Origin: Nymphaea colorata
Lineage: Eukaryota
Length of the DNA: 64,000 nt
NCBI RefSeq assembly: GCF_008831285.2
Contig: NC_045138.2
Span: forward strand, 7,254,001 to 7,318,000
Direction: 5' to 3'
In this document: positions 51,175 to 62,088 of the stretch, in pieces
Layout of the letters: each line of letters starts with the position of its first letter
How positions within the stretch are numbered: the first letter of the stretch is position 1
The notes under the pieces: generated by a model
The model's input: the letters and a program-made list of their open reading frames with translations, nothing else
Told to the model about the DNA's origin: nothing
The model's database searches: none
Position numbers and translations under genes: made by a program

Positions 51175-51766
51175 TGATGAAAGTTAATGCAAAAAATAAA
51201 AACGTGCAGCTGTCTTTATGAAGAATGTGAAGGGTCCAACCTTTGGGTTCTCCAATATCTGCATCATGTGCATGACAAGTGCCTCTTCAGTTTGCCTACT
51301 TTAATTTTTAGTTTTTTGTTTTTAATGCATATGTCAATTATGGCAATAGTGGAATTACCATGAGTAATGTCATTTATTTTTTATTTCTTTTTTGTCATGT
51401 ATATATATAGCCATTTGGATCAGCCAAATGTGTGTGAGAAAGGCTATGACCAAGAGTCATGTCATTTATTTTTTATTTTTTTTTGTCATGTATATATATA
51501 GCCCTTTGGGTCAGTCAAATGTGCGTGAGAAATGCTTTCAAGTGTGCTCAAAGTTTTCTTGTCGTGTGCTTAAATTTTTGTTGTCTTGTGTCATGCCTTG
51601 TGACCACTTGTCGTGTGCTTAAATTTTTGTTGTCTTGTGTCATGCCTTGTGACCACTTGCAAAAACAAGTGGTGGATTAGTTGTTATGTTGTTCTTGTGT
51701 TATATTTTTGTCATTTACAGGAACACAACAAAAGGACGTGCAGACAGGTCATTCCTTAGGCAAATA
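51175..51766 (+). repeat. Copia-3 3' LTR with internal tandem duplications
   Basis: Homologous to the 5' LTR, with extra copies near 51360-51540 and 51559-51659. Confidence 0.85.
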
Positions 51767-54024
51767 GGAAGACCCGCGATAGCGTCTCAAGAATGCAACC
51801 AGTGCAACCCTAGAAGATGTCTTTATTTCGTGATAACAACCCATTTCACCTCCAATACTTGTGCAGTTATACTACAAGCAACTGCAACGAAGCACCAGCG
51901 TATTACCTTGGTGCGTGTTTAGGAGCAACTGACCAAAATGCCCTTTAATTTAACAAAAAGGCCACTTGTTATCAGGGCAAAAATGACCAAGGTAGCATAA
52001 AATACTCATGCCTTACTCTTAAAGGATGTATAAACTACACCAAAATCTTCGCCAACATGTCAATATGATGGCAGTATGACGACTTTATGCATTTTCGTTT
52101 CCAGAATTTGGCAATTCAAAGCCCTGATGTACAAATAGATGCTGGTTTAGCAACATGGATCTGCTTCATTTTAGCAGCGTAGTTCTTGTCACCCTTAATG
52201 CGACATTGAGTCAAACATAACATTCTTCAACCATTAGTGCAGTAACTCAATAATCCAACAAACAAAAAAACAAAGACAGAATACGATGTAATGCAGTGAC
52301 ATTCTTCTGTAGTATGCTTCTTCTCCAAACACAGGAGAGGTCGAGACTGGAGGAAAAATGGAAGACCGAGAAATGTCTCCCGCTGGTTCTGGCAAGGTTG
52401 AGAGGTTGGAAGGAAAAGACGCGGCGGGTGTTGAAGCTAAAAAATGCTGTGTATGAAGCTCATTTCTGGTCATGTTTAGAGTTTGTTATGAACGCCTGCA
52501 CGTGAGAATCATCTTGCCTGATTTACCGTGATAGAAATGTCTAAAAGAGTATACAAAGTGTACAAATGTATAGAATCTTGTGGGTATATCTATATTTCTC
52601 CAATTTCTTATCTCTACCTTGATTTGTAACAAATTGTATAGATAAGGCTACAACTCGATGAAAGTTCAGAGCCTTTTTTATCCAACTTTTGCTCTGCTCT
52701 GCATTCTTGAGAACATACAATGTTTCCACAATTTTTCATGCTCCAGTGAGGTCGACGGAGGCCGTACGGCTCTCTGTCGAGGTTGAGAGAGGGTTTTTCC
52801 GTATCCATCGCAGTTTCCCTCGACGTCGCAGGTTTTTGTAGGGATAATCCCTATCTCGACCTACATCATAATGGGGAGAGAAAGCTGGATGGTTCCAGCA
52901 AGGTCGAGAGGGGGGAAGTGGAAGACAGGGAGGGCTGTCCCCTCGTCGGGGGTCTCTATTACCGGCAAGGTCGAGAGAGGATTTGTGCCTCTGTATTGTA
53001 GTCTCTAGCATTCGTTCTCGAACCTACACAAACCTGCAATGTCAAGGGAGAGAGGAAATTTCGGCATTGGGAAGAGGAAATTGCGGCATTGGGAAGGGTC
53101 CTTCTTAATATTTTCACTTTTTTCAAGTTTCTTTTTATCCTTACAGAAAGTTTTCTTTTCCTATTAACTGGAGATATTTTTGTCACTATCATATTGGCGC
53201 ACAAAAATTTAGTCCACCAGTGTTACGTTAGGGGGGCGTTTGATTGCCCGGTTGAAGTAGCATTTTTTCGAAAAAATGGTACGGGCGGGTGCCCGATTAA
53301 AATGTCATCAAACGGGGTGAAATTCACCCCGTTTAACGCAAAATTGGAGCGGGTGGAATTTCACCCGCTCGACGCCCTCTCCCCCCGCGCTCGACACCCT
53401 CCCCCGCTCGACACCCTTCCCCCTCATTTCCTCCGTCCGCCCGCAGCTCTTCCTCGCTCGACCCTGCCGCCTTCTCAATGTCGCACCAGAGGCTGCTCCC
53501 ACCGTCGCCACTCCGCCATCGCCGGTGATCTTTCCCCCTTTCTCTCTTGCTCTCTGATGCCCTCGTCTTCTCTCAAATCAGTGCCCTAATCACCGTCGCT
53601 TGCAGGTTTTGTTGGCTCCCTTTCTCTGTTTCTCCCTTTCTCTCTTGCTCTCTGATGCCCTCCTTTTCTCCCTTTCTCTGACCAGCAGGGAAGACAGGGC
53701 AGCATCCGCCAACGCCACGGTCGCCGCTCCTCCGATCCGCCGTCGCTGTTGCTTTTGCCCTCGTTTTGTCAACTTCTGGTATTTCTCAAATCCCCTTTGT
53801 TGCGATTTTAGCAGAACATAGAAGGCTGCATTCCCTGGTTTCACCTTACATCGCCAGAGTCTTAAATCCCCTTCTGTTTTAGTAGAGCATAGGTTTTCGT
53901 TTCACCTCCATTGTTCTTTGTTACGACTGATTGAGTTGCTCATGCCCTTATATATTGAAATATCTTTATTAGCTTATTTGTTTTGTATGTTTGGCCCATC
54001 CTCTGTTTACAAAGTGTTTGATGC

Positions 54025-54171
54025 GTCGCCTGTGGTCTCCAGCCGACTGACTGCCCCGTTGTTTTGAAGTCTTTGATGCAGAAGTGTTGGAACAACTTCC
54101 CTTCCAAAAGACCTCATTTATCTGACTTGCTCACTGTTCTTAGATCTGCTACTTCACTTCCTATTAGATGA
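54025..54171 (+). pseudogene. Captured protein kinase C-terminal fragment (subdomains X-XI, Raf-like type)
   Basis: Translates as VACGLQPTDCPVVLKSLMQKCWNNFPSKRPHLSDLLTVLRSATSLPIR*, containing the CW..P.KRP kinase motif. Confidence 0.8.
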
Positions 54172-54621
54172 ATAGGTTCTGTTGACAATTCTGAAAAAGC
54201 AGAGGCAGAGCTTATACACTTGTCATTTTAATGGTTGAGGCAACAGTAAGGTCATCAAACAACTGTGCCATCTCCAACAGAATAATCACACAGAGGTTAC
54301 TTGCCTAATGGGCTCCAGATGTCAAGCTCAAATTGCTTATCTTCTTCCTTGAGAATAGGTTTAGGAGGCATATGTGAAGGAATTAATGAAAGAATATCAT
54401 TTATATTGTACATGACATGGTCCAATCTGCCACCTGAAGTGATTCAGGCACTAGCATGAATCACACTCAAATTAGTTCATTGACAGCGGCATGAGCAAAA
54501 TAAAAAATTCTAGCTTTTATGATATGTTGCGTCACTAATCATGGTCCAAAATTTTGACAGCGGCATCATAAATAATTCTGTTGATTTTGTGACTCATCCA
54601 CTGCTATTGGAACTATGGCAG

Positions 54622-54815
54622 GGTTCTTTGAAACAAGAAAGGGATGCTGTGGAACAGGAGTTGTGGAGACTGGAATCTTGTGCAATCCAAGGTCTATTGG
54701 AACATGCTCCAATGCCAGTGGGTATGTATTCTGAGATTCAGTTCACCCAACACAAGCAGCAAACCAGAAGCTAGCTGATGTCCTCTTGCTCCAAGGCATT
54801 TCCCTCATTGGATGA
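54622..54815 (+). pseudogene. Captured last exon of a GDSL esterase/lipase gene
   Basis: After a CAG acceptor: GFFETRKGCCGTGVVETGILCNPRSIGTCSNASGYVF*DSVHPTQAANQKLADVLLLQGISLIG*, containing block V DxxHP. The W codon has become TGA at 54732. Confidence 0.9.
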
Positions 54816-57338
54816 GAAATCTGCGCAGTCCTGTTTCTCTTCAAACAAAATGAGAAAGAAGAGACCTCCCTGTTGCACCAATAGATTCTGCTATAAGAAC
54901 CCTCCTTGCTACTGTTGCTGTTTCTTTTTATGAGTGTTACTATATGTGTGTTTGAGTGCTGAAGAAATAAAACTTTTGGCATATTGGTGTAGAGTTTATA
55001 GGGTGTTTCAGTTACCAAATGAAAAATGTAATATTATTTTGTTTTAGATATTCTGGTTTTATATAAATGTTGTTGATTTGGGAAAGAATGTTTGAGAATC
55101 GTATATGACTTGTCATTTCTCCTTTCTCTCTTTTGCTTTTTCACATTGAAAGAGGTCAAAAGTTCGAAACTCCATTTGCAACACTTGACACATACTAGGA
55201 AAAGCAGTGACCACAGTTCACTGATGGAAATAAAGGGAAGACCCGATCTTGACATTACGATAAGATATATCAAGGCAACATTTAAAAGAAACAAAAATTC
55301 CAAATCATTGGTATTTTGTAACAAAAGAAATTCTTGGGTTGAACTTCAATGTCAAAAGAGATAACATGGATAGAGCTGCGATTTAATTTGCTCATGGATG
55401 AGATGATCCAGGAACATGAGCTTTCATCGATCTTGGAGTTCATCAATTGAAGGCCGCAATGTTGTCATACAACTTATTTCATTTCTGAAAAAAGTTCCCT
55501 AAAATTTTCTATCATGTGCATCAAACATGGTTAAATTTACCAGGTTAAATTCTTCATTGTGCATCAAACAGAGTTAAAATTAACAGGTTAAATTCTTCCA
55601 GTGCATCAAACATGACCTCAAATCGAAAGAAGGTTAAATTTCATCCTGTTTTTTTTTCCAGAAAAATTTTTTAGAAAAATTTACCACGTTAAATTCTTCC
55701 TTATGCATCAAACGCCCCCTTAGCTACACAAACATTTTCAAGACCATGTGAACATGTCGAATAAATAAATCTTCAAATCTAAAATAATCTAGACTTCCAT
55801 ATGTTTTTAGGTGTGAATGTGCATATATATGTGTGTGCACGCGTAAGAGAGAAATTTCATGCTTCAGCTGTAGAGAGAGATTTCATGCTTCAACTACAAG
55901 CATATATCAAAATGCTTATGGCATATATCAATCGTGGAGGGACATATCAAGCTTCTAAGATATATCAAATTTTGGAAGAGTGCCCTTTCCGCAAAATTTT
56001 TTCGCTCCGCCATTGATTAAGGCTATGTTTTAGGGTAAGGTCCAATTCCAGCCCCCTCTACTCACGTCCCCTAAAAGCACTATGTTGTTTTTTTTAACAC
56101 TAAAATCCATATAAAAAGGAATGTCCCATGCTTTCTTTTGCTTATAGTGCTGTAGATGTTGGTTGCATTGTTTGGTGGCACATGCATAGCTTTCTTCAAA
56201 AAGAAAAAGAACAAATTAGTTCATGGAAGCCCTATGATTATGAAGGACCGAGATTGAGGTGCGTGCACACATATGTGCAGGCAACGAATGTGCACCAAGA
56301 AAAAGAAAGAAGGAGGCAGTGACATTTTAGAATTTTTTTAAAGCTATGTACATTTTAGTCTCTTTAATATTTTCATAATTCTCGTTTTCTCTTTTTTCAA
56401 AACTTTTTATTGTATTTTAATGAAAGCATTTTATTCATTACACACCCATGTGCATGACAACCAACTTCGTGAAGAACCCAATTAACCGACTGAGTTGTCT
56501 GATTGATGCATTGATGTGACATGTTATATAATATGAAAATGTTTAGTCTTGTATTGACAATCTAATAAATTATTCTTTAGGGTTTATAAGAGATGCAGGT
56601 AAGTAAAAGAGGAGATCAAGTCTAATACTCGGACTTAGGGTCCGTGCATGTACATGTATGTGCCCTAAAGAGTATATCGTAACATACAAAATATGGAAGT
56701 CTAGTATTTGTATCGTACCAATTTTATGGGATGCCTCGCATGTGGGATTGTGCCGTCTTACCAAACCAAGCACAGATACAAATACTCGAAACTTAGGGAT
56801 ATCGCATAGATGAAAAGAAAGATAATGAAGAGCTTGGGTTTGCAGCAGTGCTATTACAAATCGAGTCCAATCAGTGGCAAACCGATTCAGTTTGATGGCT
56901 GCTTTGTGGGTGCCGCGTCTCGGATTTTAACTTTTGTTTCAAGTATTTAAAGGTTTTTGTACTTTAATTACTTTTTATGTATTTTCGATCACTTTATTTT
57001 TATTTTCCATACTTTTTAAGGTTTAAATTTTTAAACGATTGACAACCAATTCAGCTGAATCGGTAATAACATTGAACCCAAGAGATGCATGTTGCCTCAC
57101 GTTTTGAAGTCTCCAGCTAAAATAAATAAAGGATCAACAGCCATTAAGTCCCAATAATGGCATTTAACTAGAAATGTAAAGATTCGACAATTGAACAGAT
57201 CAGCAATCATTTATATCATATATTTATTATCTGCACCACCAAAGTGGCCTAAGCTAGCTCCTTCCTATAAATAAAGTGCCTGTGGATTTGTTTTCCTCAC
57301 TCAGCTCCCCCACATGCTAAGGCTACTGGCTGTCAAGT

Positions 57339-57867
57339 ATGTCTACGACAGCCTTCTTCACGACTAATCCATTTCTTACCCTTCTTCTGCCGTGAGCACA
57401 TTCATACTGAAGTCCCATGCCCAAGGAAGTGAGAAGGTGAGCCATATATATTCACTTTTATTTCCAAGATAGCCTCGATGGGTGGTACTCTATCTGCATG
57501 GCCGCTGCACCGCCATCTTACAAGTCGGCGACCCGGTTCGGTCTGGCTGTCGTTGTCCATTCCTCATTGAAAGAAGGACCGGATCAAGGATAAAAGTTGG
57601 TTGGGAGAGCACAAGGTCTGTACGTCATAACATCAATGGAAGAAGTGGGCATGCTCATTGATTTGACATACCAGTTCTATGAAGGGGAGTATAATGGGAG
57701 CAGCATCAGTGTGCTTGAGCAGAATGCAGTCCTTAGTCCATTGACGACGATGCCGTTTCTGGGGTGGTCTGGCCTTTTCTGGCTGGCCCACGGTTATGTA
57801 CAGGCAAAGAACTACCATTACAACCACACAACTGGGCTTGCAATTGTGGAATATGATGCATTATTAG
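57339..57867 (+). pseudogene. Dirigent pseudogene, tandem copy A
   Basis: Homologous to 61522-62088, with 5' deletions and frameshifts and an 11-bp deletion before the stop. TATAAATA at 57266. Confidence 0.88.
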
Positions 57868-59004
57868 TGAGATGGTTGGCAGTATGGTGTCATCCCCATG
57901 CACACAGCAAGTGTATGTGGGGGTGGACCCTATTACAATTATATATATTCACTATGCTCTAACATTGCTAACAATAGTATGAGATAATGATATAGGCATG
58001 AGATAATGAGTATGAGATAGCGACACTGCCACTCAAAAGTGTATATTAGTCATAACAATCAATATATATGGACTGACACAATCATTTGGTTTCAGCTTAC
58101 TCGGACTTAGTGTCCATACATGAGGATGCATGTGCCTTAAGAGTAGGCTGTAACATTCAAATTTGAAAGTTTGGTCTTTGTATCATTCCAATTTTATCAC
58201 GTCTTGCATGAAAGGATCCGGCTGCCTTATCGTATTGTGAAAACATGCAAATGCTCGATCCTTCGATGGGCATTTTGGCTATCTATGAAAAAAGAAATGG
58301 ATGTTTTAAGCATTTTAATAAAAATTAAGGTCACCTTTTTCGATTTTCTTTTTTATTATTATAGTAAGGGACTTTTCTTTTTTATAGACTAGGGACTTTA
58401 TAGTAATTTCCTGGCAAAACATGCACTATATATGTTCAAACATACAGGCCTGCTTCCCCCAAGTAACGAATCCTCCTTCTAACACATTAATGAGTTCTAT
58501 TAATATATGTCAGGGGCCCATATTTTTTCATAAGAGAAATAAAAACTTATGAGGCTTACACACTGCACAGTATTTACGAATCATGTTACCACATAGATGG
58601 AAATAAAGATAACGAAGAGCTTACAATACAGTGGCAAGCCGGTTCAGTTTGATGGCTGATTTGAGGGTGCCACGTATCGGATTTTAATTTTTGTTTCAAG
58701 TATTTTTACATTTTTTGTGCTTTTACTAGCTTCTATGTATTTTCGTTCGCTTTATATTTCTTTTCCAAAATTTTTACTGTTTTTAAAAGATTGACAACCA
58801 ATTCAGCTGAATCGGTGATAACATTGAACTCAAGAGATGCTTGGTGCCCCACGTTTTGGAGTCACCATCTAAAATAAATAAAAGTTATGCGTACAGCCAT
58901 TAAGTCCCAATAGTGACAATTAATTAGAAATGTAGAGGCTCAATAGTTGAACAGATTAGCAATTATTTATGTAGTATATTTATTATCTGCACCACCATAG
59001 TGGC

Positions 59005-59167
59005 CGAGGCAGAAATATGATTTTTTTTATAAGGAGGACCCAATTGTAGTTTCAAAATTTTGACAAATTTTTATATCAGATAAATAAATTTGTCTAAAAT
59101 ACATGTAAATTTAAAAAAAAAAAAAGAGGGGCGAGGGTCCCTAAGGGCCCCCTCAGCTCCGCCCCTC
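59005..59167. mobile_element. Small hAT-type MITE in the promoter of dirigent copy B
   Basis: Flanked by ATAGTGGC (58997-59004 / 59168-59175). The right end reverse-complements to GAGGGGCGGAGC. The homologous site in copy A has a single AAAGTGGC and no insert. Confidence 0.75.
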
Positions 59168-59265
59168 ATAGTGGCCTTAACAAGCTCCTTCCTATAAATG
59201 TAATGCCTGTGAATGTGTTTTCTTCACTCACCTCCACCATACTCTAAGCCTAGAGGCTGTCAAGT

Positions 59266-59823
59266 ATGTCTGCCACAGCCTTCTTCCAACTACCCAATTC
59301 TTACTCTTCTTCTTCTCCCTCAACACCATCATACTTGGTGATGCCAATATCCAAAGGGAAGTACTGAAGCCTCCTGCCCAAGGAACTAAGAAGGTGAGCC
59401 ATCTTCACTTCTACTTCCATGACAGCCTGGATGGACGGTACTCTATCCGCATTGCCGCCGCACCGCCATCTTACAAGTCGGCCACCCGGTTCGGTCTTGC
59501 TGCCGTTGTCGATCCCCCGTTGACAGAAGGGCTGGCTGATCCAGGATCCAAGTTGCTTGGGAGAGCACAAGGGCTGTACGTCATAACTTCAATGGAAGAA
59601 GTGGGCATGCTCATGGATTTGACATACCAGTTCTTTGAAGGGGAGTATAATGGGAGCAGCATCAGTGTGCTTGAGCAGAATGCAGTCCTTAGTCCATTGA
59701 GGAAGATGCCGGTTCTGGGGTGGTCTGCCCTTTTCTGGCTGGCTCGCGGTTATGTATTGGCTAAGAACTACCATTACAACCTCACAACTGGGCTTGCAAT
59801 TGTGGAATATGATGCATTATTAG
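59266..59823 (+). pseudogene. Dirigent probable pseudogene, tandem copy B
   Basis: A 1-bp loss after codon 7 gives an early stop near 59365. It has the same 11-bp terminal deletion as copy A, and conserved GRN and VGGTG are changed to EQN and LGWSA. TATAAAT at 59193. Confidence 0.85.
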
Positions 59824-61260
59824 TGAGATGGTTGGCAGTATGGTGCCGTTGTTGCAAGATCTCATGTCACAACAACAAAACAAGCTATTGGCAATGGCGT
59901 TGCCAATAGCCCTAGGGCTGTTGCCAGCCCAAGCCCTTAGAAACGCCAAGACTCGCCCTTGCCCTTTGTAGTGTTGCAAAAACCTTTTCCCTAAGGAGAT
60001 GGCCGTTGCCAATAGCCTCATTGGCTACATCCATTTCATTAATGGCCATGGAAAAGGTCGTAGCCAGCACTTACATTGACAACTACTATTGTTGTTGCCA
60101 ATGAAACCCTCACCACCTGTGTTACTTGACACAAATTAAAATTTTATCATTATATTTAATGTACACAAAGTTTACAAAATCACAATAGTATCCACAACTT
60201 ATACAAAAGTAAAAACTGAAACTCATTCTTTTGGCATCCTTGACATCATTTTTAAATTGATAGAGTGCAGGTAATTAAAATAGGAGCTCGGTTGCTTGGG
60301 TCCAATATTTGAGTGGGCAAGTTATTATAGTTGGTACAATTCAAATCCAACACTATGACTTAGTGTCCATACATGTGGATGCATATGCCTTATATGCCTT
60401 AAGGAGAAGGCTGTAACATTCAAATGTAAAAGTTTGGTCTTTGTATCATTCCAATTTTATCAGATGTCTTGCATGTGGGATCCGGCTGCCTTATCGCACC
60501 ATGAACACATGCAAATGCTCGATCCTTCGATGGGTATTTTGGCTATACATGAAAAAAGAATGGATATTTTAAGCATTTTAATAAAAATTAAGGTTATGTT
60601 TTGCGATTTTCTTTTGTATTCTTATAGCAAGGGACTCTTCTTTTCATAGACTAGGGACTTTATAGTAATTGCCCGGCAAAACACGCAGTATATATCGCCA
60701 AACATACAGGCCTGCTTCCCCCAACTAACGAGTCCTCCTCGAACACATTAATGAGTTCTATTGACATAGGGGCCCATATTTTTCATAAGAGAAATAGAAA
60801 CTTATGAGGCTCTGCACAGTATATATGAATCTTGTTATTTCATATCTCATAGACTAAAATAAAGATAACGAAGAGTTTACAATACAGTGGCAGACCGGTT
60901 CAGTTTAATGGCTGACTTGAGGGTGGCACGTACCAGATTTTAATTTTTGTTTCAAGTATTTTTAAATTTTTTGTACTTTAATTAGTTTCTATGTATTTTC
61001 GTTCGCTTTATATTTATTTTCCAAAATTTCCCGTGTGTTTAAGAGATTGGCAACCAATTCAGCTGAATCGGTGATAACATTGAACTCAAGATATGCTTGT
61101 TGCCTCACGTTTTGGAGTCTCCATCTAAAATAAATAAAAGGTATACGTACAGCCGTTAAGTCCCAATAGTGACATTTAATTAGAAATGTACAGAGTCAAT
61201 AACTGAACAGTTTGGCAATTGTTTGTGTTATATATTTGTTATCAGCCCCACCATAGCGGT

Positions 61261-61422
61261 CGGGGCACAGCTAGGAAAATTTTTTTGAGAGAGACCGAAT
61301 TATAGTTTCAAAATTTTGACATGCGTTAAAATATAATTTTTTATATAAGATAATTTAAAAAAAATATATGTAAATTTAAAAGAAAATGAGGGTGGGCGAG
61401 GGACCCTGTGGGCTCCGCCCTG
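61261..61422. mobile_element. Orthologous MITE in the promoter of dirigent copy C
   Basis: Same position and internal sequence (AATT.TAGTTTCAAAATTTTGAC) as 59005-59167; ends GGCTCCGCCCTG. Confidence 0.7.
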
Positions 61423-61440
61423 AGTGGCCTAGCTCCTTCC

Positions 61441-61448
61441 TATAAATA
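61441..61448 (+). promoter_or_regulatory. Probable TATA box of dirigent copy C
   Basis: TATAAATA about 80 bp upstream of the ATG, positionally conserved in copies A and B. Confidence 0.65.
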
Positions 61449-61521
61449 AAGTGCCTGTGAATGTGTTTCCTTCACTCACCTCCCCCATACGCTAAGTTGC
61501 TAACCCCAGTGGCTGTCAAGT

Positions 61522-62088
61522 ATGTCTGCCACAGCCTTCTTCACAACTACCCAATTCTTACTCTTCTTCTTCTCCGTCAGCACCATCATACTTGGTGATG
61601 CCAACATCCAAGGGGAAGTACTGCTACCTCCTGCCCAAGGTACTGAGAAGGTGAGCCATCTTCACTTTTATTTCCATGATAGCCTGGATGGTCGATACTC
61701 TATCCGCATTGCCGCCGCACCACCATCTTACAAGTCAGCGACCCAGTTCGGTAATGCTAGAGCCGTCGATTTCCCGTTGACAGAAGGGCCTCATCCAGGA
61801 TCCAAGTTGGTTGGGAGAGTACAAGGGCTGTATGTCATAGCTTCAAAGGAAGAAGTTGTCTTGCTAATGGATTTGACATACCAGTTCTATGAAGGAAAGT
61901 ACAATGGGAGCAGCATCAGTGTGCTTGGGCGGAATGCAGTGCGTAGTCCATTGAGGGAGATGCCGGTTGTGGGGGGAACTGGCCTTTTCCGGCTAGCCCG
62001 CGGCTACGTACAGGCTAAGACCTACCTTTACAACGTCACAAATGGGTTTGCAATTGTGGAATATGATGCATTTGTGATGCATTATTAA
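61522..62088 (+). CDS. Dirigent protein (intact, intronless, 188 aa, N-terminal signal peptide)
   Basis: SHLHFYFHD, FG...DFPLTEGP, LVGRVQGLY, YNGSSISVLGRN, REMPVVGGTGLFRLARGY, IVEYD. Confidence 0.95.
   Translation: MSATAFFTTTQFLLFFFSVSTIILGDANIQGEVLLPPAQGTEKVSHLHFYFHDSLDGRYSIRIAAAPPSYKSATQFGNARAVDFPLTEGPHPGSKLVGRVQGLYVIASKEEVVLLMDLTYQFYEGKYNGSSISVLGRNAVRSPLREMPVVGGTGLFRLARGYVQAKTYLYNVTNGFAIVEYDAFVMHY

Larger units (their letters stand above)
47385..51766 (+). mobile_element. Ty1/Copia LTR retrotransposon (Copia-3), decayed, RT largely deleted
   Basis: LTRs 47385-47818 and 51175-51766; Met PBS TGGTATCAGAG (47820-47830); PPT AAGAGGGAG (51166-51174). No clear TSD. Confidence 0.9.
53231..55719. 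mobile_element. Non-autonomous PIF/Harbinger-type element carrying host gene fragments
   Basis: TIR GGGGGCGTTTGAT / ATCAAACGCCCCC; TTA on both sides (53228-53230 / 55720-55722); TGCATCAAAC subterminal repeats at 55518-55713; no transposase recognised. Confidence 0.88.

Noticed and set aside
53089..53844. 166-aa and smaller ORFs
   Set aside because: They cross the Harbinger TIR and its low-complexity subterminal region; no homology is evident.
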